Below are positions 50,170-60,473 of a stretch of DNA of 64,000 nucleotides, in pieces. The translations under genes were made by a program, and so were the position numbers. Each line of letters begins with the position of its first letter. Positions within the stretch are counted from its first letter, which is position 1. The notes below the pieces were generated by a model. The model was not told the origin of the DNA. It made no database searches and saw only the letters and a list, made by a program, of their open reading frames with translations. Source of the stretch: Chthonomonadales bacterium (GTDB lineage: Bacteria; Armatimonadota; Chthonomonadetes; Chthonomonadales; CAJBBX01). The stretch is from the NCBI GenBank assembly GCA_037443035.1, contig JBBIPC010000001.1:224001-288000 (forward strand), given 5' to 3'.

Positions 50170-51436
50170 GATCTGCCGATACTCGGTCTGCGTCGCTGTC
50201 CACCACAGCTATTCCGCGAGCGCTCAGAAGACGCAATGCACGGCTCCGGTCCAGTAGAAGTTGCCTTGCCACGGCCTGTTCGTAAGCATCCCGGACGTTA
50301 CCAACGTCCTGCAGTACGCGCTTGGCTAGATTGGCGTCCTTGAGCGTCACGCAGACAGCAAGGTGCTGCGGCGACAGACGGCAAACTTGCTGCCGCATGA
50401 CCGCGGAAGTATCCGGGTCCCACACATCTGTGAATAGGACAACCAAGGAGCGCGTGCGGCATTGTTCTTTCAGCAGATCAACCGCAAGTTGGTAGTCGGC
50501 TTCGACCCGACGTCCTTCAGCGGCATTCAGAGCTTCTACGACCGCACACAAGTGCGTCCGCCCGCGGTGCGGTCGCAGCCACACTCGGATCCCGTCATCG
50601 AACAACAGGACGCCGATTCTGTCGTCGCAGACCCCGGCGGTCTGTACTAGCGTGAGCGCCGCCCTGATGGCATGTTCGACTTTGGGCACCGCGTCAATGT
50701 CCGCGAGCATCGTCCGGCCCAGGTCGAATCCAAGAATGAGGTTCTGGCTTCGCTCCACCTGGTACTCGCGTGTCGTCAGCTTGCCCCGGCGCGCAGTTGC
50801 CTTCCAGTCGATACGGCGAAAGTCATCGTCTACGAGGTAGTCCCGCAGCGACTCGAACTCCCGCCCCTGGCCGCGCGCAGGCAGAAGGCGTCCGCCATGC
50901 CTAAGCGTGCGACTGCGGAAGAACAAAGCAGAGGAGGTGGATGGCACAGGCAGCACTGTATATACGCGGACATCTGTCAGAGCAGGATATCGGTAGATGC
51001 GCGCAACGCATCCAAGCCATCCGCTGATCCTCAGCCACACATCGCCGAACGAGTACGTGCCTCGCGACGTTGCCCGGATGGTGTATTCCAGGCGATGCAT
51101 CTCACCTGGTCGCAAGAAGAGCTCGCCCTCTTCGGCACTGCTCACGAACGACCCGGGTACCTCATCGCGCACGATGGCGTGCCAAGCCCTCGTGCTGCTG
51201 TTCGACACCAACAGGCCCACAACGTGTGGATCCTTTGTCCGGATACGTGTTGGCACGTCTCGCGTTACGCGGAACGCCTCACCGTCCGGCAGCATGATGA
51301 TATCTGCGACCACGGCTGCACACGACAGGAACGCCATGAGAGCTCCCGCAGTGCCGAAGAGCGAGTGAACAGTCCCGAGCGCCACCAGTACCGCGCTGAC
51401 GACGACGAGAGCGAACCAGCGTGGGAGGAGGATCAT
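50126..51436 (-). CDS. DUF58 domain (vWA-like) protein
   Basis: GREFESLRDY..DD.RRIDWKATAR, D.GRTM, LFTD. Confidence 0.9.
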   Translation of the reverse strand: MILLPRWFALVVVSAVLVALGTVHSLFGTAGALMAFLSCAAVVADIIMLPDGEAFRVTRDVPTRIRTKDPHVVGLLVSNSSTRAWHAIVRDEVPGSFVSSAEEGELFLRPGEMHRLEYTIRATSRGTYSFGDVWLRISGWLGCVARIYRYPALTDVRVYTVLPVPSTSSALFFRSRTLRHGGRLLPARGQGREFESLRDYLVDDDFRRIDWKATARRGKLTTREYQVERSQNLILGFDLGRTMLADIDAVPKVEHAIRAALTLVQTAGVCDDRIGVLLFDDGIRVWLRPHRGRTHLCAVVEALNAAEGRRVEADYQLAVDLLKEQCRTRSLVVLFTDVWDPDTSAVMRQQVCRLSPQHLAVCVTLKDANLAKRVLQDVGNVRDAYEQAVARQLLLDRSRALRLLSARGIAVVDSDADRVSADLIERYLDLKRRQLL

Positions 51437-52605
51437 CGTTTGCTAAGCAGCAGAGTCACGGGCACGTCCGCGGCATCACCACGGATCGTCACAGGTAGCC
51501 AGCGTGCTGTTCGGACGTTCCACACCTGCGAGCCGTCATCGAGACGCTGCAAGGCCGGTTCCGCCACAACGTATCGCTTTCCTCGAGCTTGTACCTCCAC
51601 GCACCATTGCCCAGCCGGTACGTAGATCCATTGCGGCCCGTCTGAGCTTAGACGGTACGACGGCCGAGCTTGTGCGCCAACCCACCGCTCATATGCTGCG
51701 AGAAAGTCCGTGCCCGAAGGCTCCCTCGACGCTCTCGAAGGAAGGTAGACGAGCAATTCCTGAAGCGTAGTCGGTGCATGCACCCTGCACGCGTACAGCA
51801 ACAGGGCAGTGGCCTCATCCATACCGCGCTTGCTGGCAGCCCGAATCAGCTCGCGATTCGGTCCCTTCGAAAGCAGTCTATTGACGAGCGCATCCGGTTG
51901 CTTTGCGCAGTAGTCCTCGATCTCGGACGGTGTTCCGAATGGCAGAGATTCCCGACTAAGCGTTCCAGCGGCGATGTCGTCTCGAAACCAACTCAAGAAC
52001 AGACGCTCCCCCAGGATACCATTGGCCCACGACTCGGGCTCTGTGTAACCCGATGGTCCGGGAAGCACGAAGTGCCCGAGCTCGTGGGCAAGCATGCGTA
52101 TCCACTCGAGACCGCCTCGGTCGGCGGTGGCATCGTAGATGTAAAGGTTCCGTCGGGTCTGTTGTGCCGCACCCCCACCCTGATCGCGGCATAGCCATAC
52201 GTCGAGCGGCGCCATGCGCAGTCGGGCGTTGAGGCTCCCGAGGCGCTGATCGCACATTGCCCACAACATGCCCAGCGCACGCCCAACCCGTCTCGCCAGC
52301 GGTTCCATGTCATCGCCCTGGTAGTGCACCGAAAAGCGGCGGACGTAGCTCTCTCCCTTCTGGGCGAGAACGTCTACGTGGTTGCGGAACGTCCGCCCTT
52401 CCTCTGGGTCGCTAAGAGGGCGATGTTCGACCATCCTGTCCTTCGCGACCAGGATGGCAAGTCCATAGGCTATGCGGTCCAGGACGATGTACTCCTGGCC
52501 AATTGCTGGTTCCTGTACCTGCGCCGGAACCGCCAAACAGAGGCTGAGCGTGGCAGCCACCGTTAGGAAGAGTCCTGGTCGATCTGCTCGGATGCGGTGG
52601 AACAT
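51433..52605 (-). CDS. Hypothetical exported protein with an HExxH motif (possible zinc peptidase)
   Basis: Signal-like N-terminus; LAHELGH followed by E.WANG..GE. Confidence 0.6.
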   Translation of the reverse strand: MFHRIRADRPGLFLTVAATLSLCLAVPAQVQEPAIGQEYIVLDRIAYGLAILVAKDRMVEHRPLSDPEEGRTFRNHVDVLAQKGESYVRRFSVHYQGDDMEPLARRVGRALGMLWAMCDQRLGSLNARLRMAPLDVWLCRDQGGGAAQQTRRNLYIYDATADRGGLEWIRMLAHELGHFVLPGPSGYTEPESWANGILGERLFLSWFRDDIAAGTLSRESLPFGTPSEIEDYCAKQPDALVNRLLSKGPNRELIRAASKRGMDEATALLLYACRVHAPTTLQELLVYLPSRASREPSGTDFLAAYERWVGAQARPSYRLSSDGPQWIYVPAGQWCVEVQARGKRYVVAEPALQRLDDGSQVWNVRTARWLPVTIRGDAADVPVTLLLSKR

Positions 52606-52747
52606 TGCGAGATAATACCTAGGGGCGCCGTATAGGACAAGTGAGACGCCGCAAGGCGCACGCGTTGATGCCGTTGGGACGCGGGTTACGTCTGTATGTA
52701 TGAGGTACCATCGAGTGACGAGCGGCGTAGATCACAGAGCACGGCTA

Positions 52748-53947
52748 ATGAACACACGAGCACAGAGTTCGCGCTGGATTCACGGCATCCTGGCAGCTCT
52801 GGTCGGGTGTTCTCTGCTCTTCGGTGCAGCGGCGGTCCGTGCGGATGGCGAAGCAGAGGATGCTGAGATTCGGCTGGGCAAAGAGAGCGCCGCTGAGCAC
52901 GACAAGCAGGCGAAGTTCGTCACGGACAAGGAGTTGCTGGACCGCGTTACGCGGATCGGTGAAGAGATCGCTGCAGTAGCCAACTCCGAAGCGGTGCCGG
53001 TGTTGTGGGGACGCCCCGGCGTCAAGAAGTTCCCATATACCTTCAAGATTGTGGACGAGAAAGACGTCAACGCCTACTCCATGCCTGGCGGCTTCATCTA
53101 CGTGAATCGTGGCCTTCTGGACTTCGCCAAGTCGGACGACGAGCTGGCTGGTGTACTGGCCCACGAAATCGCTCACGCTGCGCATCACCATATGATGAAG
53201 CTCATTGCCGAACAGGACAAGATCCAGTGGGCTGCTCTGGGACCGGCGCTGATTTCCATCCTGCTCGGAAAGGGTGGCAGCGAGACCACCTCCGACCTGT
53301 TGTTGGCTGGTCAGCTCTACACCATCGCGAAGATGAACACGTACGGTGTGGAAGCCGAGCGTGACGCAGACCAGGCAGCCGTCTACTACCTCCAGAAAAC
53401 GCGATACAATCCTGTTGGACTGCTAACGTTCATCGAACGCCTTGCCAGGCAGGAGCGTCTGCGTCCCGAGGTGGAGCTGGGTATCTACCGTACGCACCCT
53501 CCCACGATTGAACGTGCGCAGGCACTGATTCGTCTGCTCACACAACAAGGCATACCCATCAACAGGCGCGAAGTGGATCCGAGCATTGGCGCGAAGGTCG
53601 AACTGGTCTCCCAAGGCAGCGCAGTCTATGCGGACGTCACCATGAACGGCACCCGCATCGTTCGTCTCGCTGCCGATGGCACCAAGAGTGCGGAGGAACG
53701 TGCACGAGCGGTGGCTAAGTCGGTCAACACCCTCTTTGACAACAATCTCCTTGCCTTCGACTTGACCCTTAGCACCGATAAGACCAGGGTACTCGCGCAG
53801 CGTCGTACGCTCATCACTGTCACCGACGCAGATGCCCACGCCGCCGGCATGTCTGTGCGGGAAACGGCGCAGGGCGCCCTGGACGCCCTGCGCAACCTCC
53901 TATGGCAAGATCAGTTCAACAAGACGCCACTTGCCTCGGCGGGCTGA
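52748..53947 (+). CDS. M48-family metalloprotease (BepA/YfgC-like)
   Basis: VNAYSMPGGFIYV, ELAGVLAHEIAH, E.DAD, THPP..ER; signal peptide. Confidence 0.9.
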   Translation: MNTRAQSSRWIHGILAALVGCSLLFGAAAVRADGEAEDAEIRLGKESAAEHDKQAKFVTDKELLDRVTRIGEEIAAVANSEAVPVLWGRPGVKKFPYTFKIVDEKDVNAYSMPGGFIYVNRGLLDFAKSDDELAGVLAHEIAHAAHHHMMKLIAEQDKIQWAALGPALISILLGKGGSETTSDLLLAGQLYTIAKMNTYGVEAERDADQAAVYYLQKTRYNPVGLLTFIERLARQERLRPEVELGIYRTHPPTIERAQALIRLLTQQGIPINRREVDPSIGAKVELVSQGSAVYADVTMNGTRIVRLAADGTKSAEERARAVAKSVNTLFDNNLLAFDLTLSTDKTRVLAQRRTLITVTDADAHAAGMSVRETAQGALDALRNLLWQDQFNKTPLASAG

Positions 53948-53954
53948 CCCGGGG

Positions 53955-55262
53955 CTAGACGTCCTGGAGCCGGCCTTCCAGATAAGCCTCGTAGCTGGAC
54001 AAGTCCAGCATGCCATGCCCACTCAGACCGACGAGGATGACCCGCTTCTGACCTGCCTCGCGAGCCGCTTTGGCCTCGTCCATGGCAGCTGCCACCGCGT
54101 GCGCCGATTCCGGAGCGGGCAGAATGCCTTCCGCCCGCGCGAACTGGACCGCTGAGGCAAAAACATGAGTCTGCGGTAGGGCGATGGCCTCGATGAGCCC
54201 AAGCCGGTGCGCGTGGCTCACCATGGGTGCCATGCCGTGGTACCGCAATCCCCCGGCGTGTATCGAGGGCGGCATGAAATCGTGCCCCAGCGTCTCCATC
54301 ATGAGGAGCGGCGTCATACCGGCGGTGTCGCCGTGGTCGTATCGGAACTCGCCCCGCGTCATGGACGGACACGCCGTTGGTTCGACCGCGACAATGCGAT
54401 AGTTCGCTCCCTGCTTCAGCTTCCGCTCGATGAAGGGGAACACAAGACCAGCGAAATTGCTGCCGCCACCCACGCATCCGAAAATGACGTCCGGTGCCTC
54501 TCCCGCCAGCTCCATTTGCTTGATGCTCTCCTGCCCAATGACCGTCTGGTGGAGCAGCACATGGTTCAAGACGCTCCCAAGGGAGTACTTCGTTGCCTGG
54601 GATGTGACAGTATCCTCGATGGCTTCACTGATGGCTATGCCCAGACTGCCCGGACAGTCGGGGTCTTGCTCCAGGACTCTCCGGCCATACTGCGTGTGAT
54701 CACTCGGGCTTGCGTAGACAGTCGCACCCCATGTATGCATGAGCATCTTTCGGTACGGCTTCTGGTTGTAACTCACCTTGACCATGTAGACGGTGCATTC
54801 CAGATCGAAGAGGCTGCACGCTAGCGCCAGCGAAGATCCCCATTGACCAGCACCCGTCTCGGTGGCTAGTCGCTTCGTTCCGGCCACCTTGTTGTAGTAA
54901 GCCTGTGCAACGGCAGTGTTCGGCTTGTGACTCCCGGCCGGGCTCACACCTTCGTACTTGTAGTAGATGTGGGCGGGGGTATCGAGTGCACGCTCCAGGC
55001 GAACGGCTCGCAGCAGCGGCGTTGGTCTCCAGAGCGCGTACACGTCACGTACGGGTTCGGGTATCTCCACCCACCGGTCCGGGCATACCTCTTGCATGAC
55101 GAGGTTTTCCGGAAAGATGGCCGTAAGATCGCCGGGACCCACTGGCTGTTTGGTGGCCGGATGCAGCGGCGGGGGGATAGGCTCAGGCAGGTCCGCGTTC
55201 AGGTTGTACCACGCCTTCGGTACGTCGGAACTGCTGAGGAGGAAGGAGGTAGGAGAGGTCAT
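53955..55262 (-). CDS. trpB: TrpB2-type tryptophan synthase beta-like PLP enzyme
   Basis: [44 protein letters not shown]. Confidence 0.93.
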   Translation of the reverse strand: MTSPTSFLLSSSDVPKAWYNLNADLPEPIPPPLHPATKQPVGPGDLTAIFPENLVMQEVCPDRWVEIPEPVRDVYALWRPTPLLRAVRLERALDTPAHIYYKYEGVSPAGSHKPNTAVAQAYYNKVAGTKRLATETGAGQWGSSLALACSLFDLECTVYMVKVSYNQKPYRKMLMHTWGATVYASPSDHTQYGRRVLEQDPDCPGSLGIAISEAIEDTVTSQATKYSLGSVLNHVLLHQTVIGQESIKQMELAGEAPDVIFGCVGGGSNFAGLVFPFIERKLKQGANYRIVAVEPTACPSMTRGEFRYDHGDTAGMTPLLMMETLGHDFMPPSIHAGGLRYHGMAPMVSHAHRLGLIEAIALPQTHVFASAVQFARAEGILPAPESAHAVAAAMDEAKAAREAGQKRVILVGLSGHGMLDLSSYEAYLEGRLQDV

Positions 55263-55302
55263 CTAACGTCCGTCCTTTTCAGGAGAGATACGATCCAAAT
55301 TC

Positions 55303-55332
55303 ATTATAGCGCCCTGGGCCACTGTCCGTCAA
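55303..55332 (-). promoter_or_regulatory. Sigma70-type promoter of trpB2
   Basis: Minus strand TTGACG-N18-TATAAT. Confidence 0.55.
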
Positions 55333-55467
55333 ATGCTTGGTCGGTGACGGCGGCACTATCGTATGCTTGACTGCGTACGTATAGGAGCGCGTGGCGCCGC
55401 GAAGCTGCTAAGGTACACTTCTTATTCGGTATTCCTCACATCCAGCGATCGCTTACCAGGACATCTC

Positions 55468-57471
55468 GTGGAAGACAACGCTAGCCGAGCTTTGCAGACT
55501 CTGCGCAACCTGCGCCAACAGTACGCCTCTACCCCGTTCTTGGCACTGGGTCAGACGGTCTGGTGGGACGAGCCGATGAAAGCCGTCTTGACGGTGCTGC
55601 TCCGACGCGCGGGTGTAAACGGGGCGTTCGTGCTTGGCGTCCATGACACCGACTACTTCGCGAAGCTGCACACCCGTCTTCCTGGTGAGGCGCGGTTCTC
55701 CCTATTGCCGCACAACGATGGGACGACGAGGGATCTGTGGTCCGCAGCAGGCGAGATCGCGCAGCTTTTCGGCAGCGAGTGCTTTCCTACGCGTCACGAC
55801 CTCACGAGAAGTGGCACCCCACTGAGGGCCCTGGCGGCGCATGCAGGTGTGGATCTGCAGGAGTTCCTCAACCAGCACACGGCTGCATGGGGGTGGCGCG
55901 GTCTTGTCTACACGGGTTCCCGTGACACCGTGGTGTGCGAACTGAAGCTTTCCGATATCCTCCCCGGCATCCGTTCGATGCTCGAGTATGGCTTCAACAA
56001 CACAGTCGCCGCCATCGAGACACGTGACGTGGCACGGCAGGCGCAGCTCTATGCGAACGACCTGATGGAGAGTGCTTGCGAGTGTTGCACGAAGCAGCCT
56101 GAGGCTACGCTAACCACACTCTACCGGCATATGTACCCCCGCATGTTCCGTCTGCTGCTTGGTGATGAGTGTCCGGAGTACCAGGTGACCAGCACTTCTG
56201 AGCTGCTACGCTTCGGACCAGATACTGCTGGCTTGCCGCGTTTTCGCTTGCTGGACGTCTTCCTTCGTCCGGATACGCGCGCCATCGCCGAAGAAGCGTA
56301 CAACGATGCCGTGGCCGGCAGCGAGATGTATGCCCTCCCGAAGTTCGGTCTCGGTGCTCTGCCCTTTGACCTCGTTGTGCCTGGCATCGGACGTGGAACC
56401 CTTCGCGTCACTCTCCGTGCTGTGCACATCGAGATGCCCGAGCCCCGACGCATCCGCACCGTTAGGCCCGTGCAAGATGCCAAGACACTCGCGGCGGTGC
56501 TTCGGGAGCACTTCGGAAGAGATGTAATCCTCGTGGGCAAGGCGGTAACGCTGATTTCCATGCTGGCCTCCGAGTTCATCTTTGTGTTCAACGAGGAAGG
56601 GTCGGCGTATGTGACACGGACGCGTCACATGAACGATTTCCTGCAATCCCACGGGGTTCGCGTAGCGGTCCATCCGGTCCTCCGGCTCCACTATCGAACA
56701 TGGGACTCCGCTGCCGGCGTAGCTACGGAGGTGCGTCTTCCGGAGCCGATGCGTGGTCCCTTTGCAGCGAGCAGCATGAGCATGGACCGCTTCGGCCGCG
56801 TGTGGCGGCAGGTTGTCGAAGATCAGAAGCGTCTGCTAGATTCGCTCGCGGCGGTACGCAGCCCCCGGCGTCTCCTGGAGATATTCTGCGAGCGTTCTCC
56901 GGGGCAATGGCGGTGTCCGGCAAGACGTCATTCGGACCTAACGCAGCGGCTGGTCGCATTGGCGGAGGAATGGGGCAAGCTGCAGGCGGTGGCCAGACGC
57001 CTGTATGCAGAACTCCGTGAGGCGCGGCTGGAGATCGCCCGCATCGAGAAGGAGCGTGGCCAGCACTTCCGGTCGGTCGCCGAATGGACGCCGGAGCACA
57101 TTGCTCGTCGTGAAGCGCTTGGAGCGGAACTCGCTCGGCTGCACGAGCGACGTCGCGTTGTGCAACAGCAGTTGCGCACGAATCAGCTTCAAAGAGTTGC
57201 ATGGGGACGGCAACCTGACATTCAGCAACTGCGGGCGGAACGTCGGAAGATCCAACTAGAGGCCGAACAGGCACGTCTGGAGTTGGTCCGCGACGCACTC
57301 CTTACCGCGCGAGGTCTTCCCCACGCTGATCACCGACCGTCCGCATGGTGGTTACCGTTCGTGGACCCGTCGGGCGGTTGGTTCCGCCGCGTGGTAGATA
57401 CTGCCGAAGTCTACGTCCAGCCCCTCGTCAGCGGTGAGGTCTCAGACGGGTCCCATGTGGAGGCCCCATGA
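55468..57471 (+). CDS. Conserved-looking hypothetical protein with a C-terminal coiled coil (weakly BshC-like)
   Basis: Long ORF with typical codon usage; GTG start inferred (the ORF opens at 55363). Confidence 0.7.
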   Translation: MEDNASRALQTLRNLRQQYASTPFLALGQTVWWDEPMKAVLTVLLRRAGVNGAFVLGVHDTDYFAKLHTRLPGEARFSLLPHNDGTTRDLWSAAGEIAQLFGSECFPTRHDLTRSGTPLRALAAHAGVDLQEFLNQHTAAWGWRGLVYTGSRDTVVCELKLSDILPGIRSMLEYGFNNTVAAIETRDVARQAQLYANDLMESACECCTKQPEATLTTLYRHMYPRMFRLLLGDECPEYQVTSTSELLRFGPDTAGLPRFRLLDVFLRPDTRAIAEEAYNDAVAGSEMYALPKFGLGALPFDLVVPGIGRGTLRVTLRAVHIEMPEPRRIRTVRPVQDAKTLAAVLREHFGRDVILVGKAVTLISMLASEFIFVFNEEGSAYVTRTRHMNDFLQSHGVRVAVHPVLRLHYRTWDSAAGVATEVRLPEPMRGPFAASSMSMDRFGRVWRQVVEDQKRLLDSLAAVRSPRRLLEIFCERSPGQWRCPARRHSDLTQRLVALAEEWGKLQAVARRLYAELREARLEIARIEKERGQHFRSVAEWTPEHIARREALGAELARLHERRRVVQQQLRTNQLQRVAWGRQPDIQQLRAERRKIQLEAEQARLELVRDALLTARGLPHADHRPSAWWLPFVDPSGGWFRRVVDTAEVYVQPLVSGEVSDGSHVEAP

Positions 57472-58404
57472 GCTCGCCAGTTCCTTACCCAGGCTTTCGA
57501 GCTTCGTTCTCTCCTCGGCGCTGAGCGGCTTGAAGGACTTCGCAACCAGCACTGCCTGCCGCACTTGTTCGACCGACGTGAAGCCAATAACTGCAGCCGC
57601 GACACCGGGTACGTCGAGGGCGTAGCGGATTGCGTCGTTGACGAGTTCTTGCGGAGTAATGCACGGTACGGGCTTCCGGTAGTTGAAGCCGGGCACGCCA
57701 CCGAGCACCTTCATGGCGACGATACCAGCTTTCTGCTTGCGCGCCTCGGGCAGTACCTTGGTCTCATAGCCATATGTATGCTGGTCCACGAAATTCATGG
57801 CCGGCATAACGACGTCAATCGCGCCGGTACGCAGGGCTGCTGCCATCTTCTCGACCCGTTGATGGCCGCTTGCACCTATGAAGCGAAGCCACCCTCTCTT
57901 GCGAGCTTCCTCGAGACCGGCGAGAGGACTGTCCTGGTCCTGCAGCCTTTCCACATCGAAATCGCCGATGTTGTGCAGATGGACGAGGTCCACACGATCC
58001 GTTTGTAGCAGCCGAAGGCTCTCTTCGACGGTCTTCAGTACTGCGTTGCGAGACATACCACGTGTCTTCGTGGCGATGAACAGGCGGGAGCGGTTCCGAC
58101 GAACGATCGGCCCCAAGCGCTCCTGCGCGACGTCGTAGATCGTTGCCGTATCGAGATAGTTGATGCCGAGATCGAGCGCCTCGCCGACCACGCGATCGAA
58201 GACTTCCTGCGGCTGGAAGCTATGCCCCAGCGGAGCAGAGCCGAAGCCGATAATCGAGACCCGTTGGCCAGTACGACCAAGTACGCGGCGAGGCATCGCC
58301 TTCGATAGCACACCTTGGACCTCGGTGTCGCCAGCAGCAAGTCCTGCGGCAACGGCAGCGACGGCACCGGTGACGAACTGCCGACGAGTTATCTCTCGAA
58401 CCAT
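57442..58404 (-). CDS. Tat-exported aldo/keto reductase
   Basis: TRRQF twin-arginine signal; RVLGRTG, DTA..Y, ATK, SL..LQTD.VDL..LH. Confidence 0.9.
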   Translation of the reverse strand: MVREITRRQFVTGAVAAVAAGLAAGDTEVQGVLSKAMPRRVLGRTGQRVSIIGFGSAPLGHSFQPQEVFDRVVGEALDLGINYLDTATIYDVAQERLGPIVRRNRSRLFIATKTRGMSRNAVLKTVEESLRLLQTDRVDLVHLHNIGDFDVERLQDQDSPLAGLEEARKRGWLRFIGASGHQRVEKMAAALRTGAIDVVMPAMNFVDQHTYGYETKVLPEARKQKAGIVAMKVLGGVPGFNYRKPVPCITPQELVNDAIRYALDVPGVAAAVIGFTSVEQVRQAVLVAKSFKPLSAEERTKLESLGKELASSWGLHMGPV

Positions 58405-58407
58405 GGT

Positions 58408-59499
58408 TTACCTTCCCGCCCTGCGCCGAATTCGCTCGATCTCGTCTTCTGTAATGGCACGCTCGAAAGACCTGAAACCGGCCAGGGCGAAGCCGTGTTT
58501 GGCGCATATAGAACCGATGTCATCCACCTGTCGAACCGTCACGTCCTTGCCGAGCGTGAACGACTCGAGCCGGCCCTCCAGCGCCAGTCCCATAGTCTCG
58601 GACATGCAAGCATACGCCGTACCTTGCGGAAAGCCGAAGCTGAAAGGTTGGTCGGTTCCGACCTTCACGCATTCCATGGCCCCAGGAACCCGTACGACAC
58701 CGCCCTCGATCACGAGTACATCGTCTCGCTCTCGTGCGACTCTTACGGACACGTCCCGCGGCCGTGCCACGTCACATACTACAGCGCCGCGCTTCAGGTG
58801 ATGCGGCTCGACAATAGCATCGGCGGCACTGCTCACGGCTATCACTACGTCGGCATCTCGCAATCCGTCTCCAACATCAGTATGCGTACTCACCGTCGCG
58901 GTGCCGCATGACAATAACCGTCGCTCTACTGGGACGAGCCGCTCCTCGCTACGACCAACGAGGCACACACGCCGGGCGTGCCTAGCCAGTATCTCAGCGC
59001 ACGTAGCGCCAATGGAACCGCTGGCTCCCACTATCGCGACTGTGGCCGTCTCCATGTCTATCCCCATCAGCGCTGCCGCGCGTTCGGCTCCTTCGATGGC
59101 TGTCGCAACTGTGTACGAATTGCCTGTAGTAACCGCGATATGCAGACGCTGAGCGAGTGTGATGCCACCATCACCCACGACGGATGTGAAGGCACCGAGC
59201 CCGATGATCTTCGCACCAAGGTTCTCGGCGATGTGGCCGCATTGCTCCATACGGCCGTAGACGAACTCCGTCGGCAGCTCGAGAAACTGCCGCGGCGACA
59301 ACGGGCAGCCTATCAGCCAGCCATGCGTCTCGGTGCCAGTCGCGGACCGGATGCCGCGTAACTCGGCGACAGTCTCCGGAGAACGTAGTTTCAGCAACCA
59401 CTCGAGCACACGTTCCGGCAGCAAGCCAAGCATGGGGTACTTGCGCGCTACGTCCCTGCGGACATCGATGGGATGGATGATGAAAGCAAAGGGATTCAT
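58408..59499 (-). CDS. Acyl-ACP-reductase-like NAD(P)-dependent dehydrogenase (often labelled shikimate dehydrogenase)
   Basis: FAFIIHP, GLGAFTS, TTGNSYT, VGASGSIG, DVARPRD, AYACMSETM.LALE. Confidence 0.8.
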   Translation of the reverse strand: MNPFAFIIHPIDVRRDVARKYPMLGLLPERVLEWLLKLRSPETVAELRGIRSATGTETHGWLIGCPLSPRQFLELPTEFVYGRMEQCGHIAENLGAKIIGLGAFTSVVGDGGITLAQRLHIAVTTGNSYTVATAIEGAERAAALMGIDMETATVAIVGASGSIGATCAEILARHARRVCLVGRSEERLVPVERRLLSCGTATVSTHTDVGDGLRDADVVIAVSSAADAIVEPHHLKRGAVVCDVARPRDVSVRVARERDDVLVIEGGVVRVPGAMECVKVGTDQPFSFGFPQGTAYACMSETMGLALEGRLESFTLGKDVTVRQVDDIGSICAKHGFALAGFRSFERAITEDEIERIRRRAGR

Positions 59500-59552
59500 G
59501 GACAATCTTGCTCAGTTCCCTGTAGAGACGCGCGTACCGGTTCTAGCCACGA

Positions 59553-60473
59553 TCACTGCCCGGAAGCACGGTCCGAGAGCACTCGGATGCTTGGTCGCCA
59601 GCCGAGGGACTTGAGTGTACCCAAGTACTGCTCGGGGGTCAATTCCTCAGGCTTTCGACCAAGCAGTACCACGAGTACTGCTTCCATGACGTTTGTGGCA
59701 AATGCCTCGCCGCCAATCTCGGGTGTCGTGGTTACCAGCGTCCTCACCCCGCGCTGGCGGAGCATGTCAGTCTCGGCCTGTCTGCTGGACTGTGTGAGAA
59801 TGATCTTGCCGTCGAGACGCTCTGGCATGTACCGACGGATGATATGCCAGTCACCGGCGATCACATCGGCCCAATCGAAGTACCGGCTGAAGCGTGGAGT
59901 GTTCACTTCCTGGCGGGCCCCAGTGGGATAGATCCACTCGATAGGCATGCGCACGACCAGAGGTAGCGCAAGACTGGCGAGCCTCTGAAGCGTCTTCCAG
60001 TTGCGTATCGGTATGGGTATCCCCAGTCCGTAGAGAAGATCCCCGAACACGACGGACCGCGCCCTGCTTGCCAGGGTTTCGGCCATGCCAAAGCGGTCCA
60101 CGGCCGATACCAGCAGAACGTTGGACCTGGGGAAGTCAACGACACCTTGCTCATCCAGATACAGGACGGTCTCCCGCTCCAGAGTGTTCTTCAGTCCACT
60201 TCCGTCCACCCATGGCGTCCTACGAGCACCTGCCATGAGCCGTAGCGTCTCCCGGAAAGCGTAGCGGCGCGTCCCGGCGTAGAGGTAGGCGTCGGTCCCA
60301 CCCACACCGAAGCAGTCCACCTTTCCGTCCAGCTCTGCTACGAGTCGAGCGAACTTGCGCTTGTCGCCATCGGTACCAATGCGAGCTATCTCGAACTCCA
60401 GACCGCCGATGGTGCTGGTCACTGTCTTGTCACGTCGGGAGGTCCCGAGGCTAACGCTTACCACCCGTTTCAT
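59553..60473 (-). CDS. Conserved protein often labelled quinate 5-dehydrogenase; partner of the AAR-like enzyme
   Basis: MKRVVSVSLG..RD, RIGTDGD, VDGSGLKNTLE, SAVDRFGMA, TNVMEA. Confidence 0.75.
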   Translation of the reverse strand: MKRVVSVSLGTSRRDKTVTSTIGGLEFEIARIGTDGDKRKFARLVAELDGKVDCFGVGGTDAYLYAGTRRYAFRETLRLMAGARRTPWVDGSGLKNTLERETVLYLDEQGVVDFPRSNVLLVSAVDRFGMAETLASRARSVVFGDLLYGLGIPIPIRNWKTLQRLASLALPLVVRMPIEWIYPTGARQEVNTPRFSRYFDWADVIAGDWHIIRRYMPERLDGKIILTQSSRQAETDMLRQRGVRTLVTTTPEIGGEAFATNVMEAVLVVLLGRKPEELTPEQYLGTLKSLGWRPSIRVLSDRASGQ

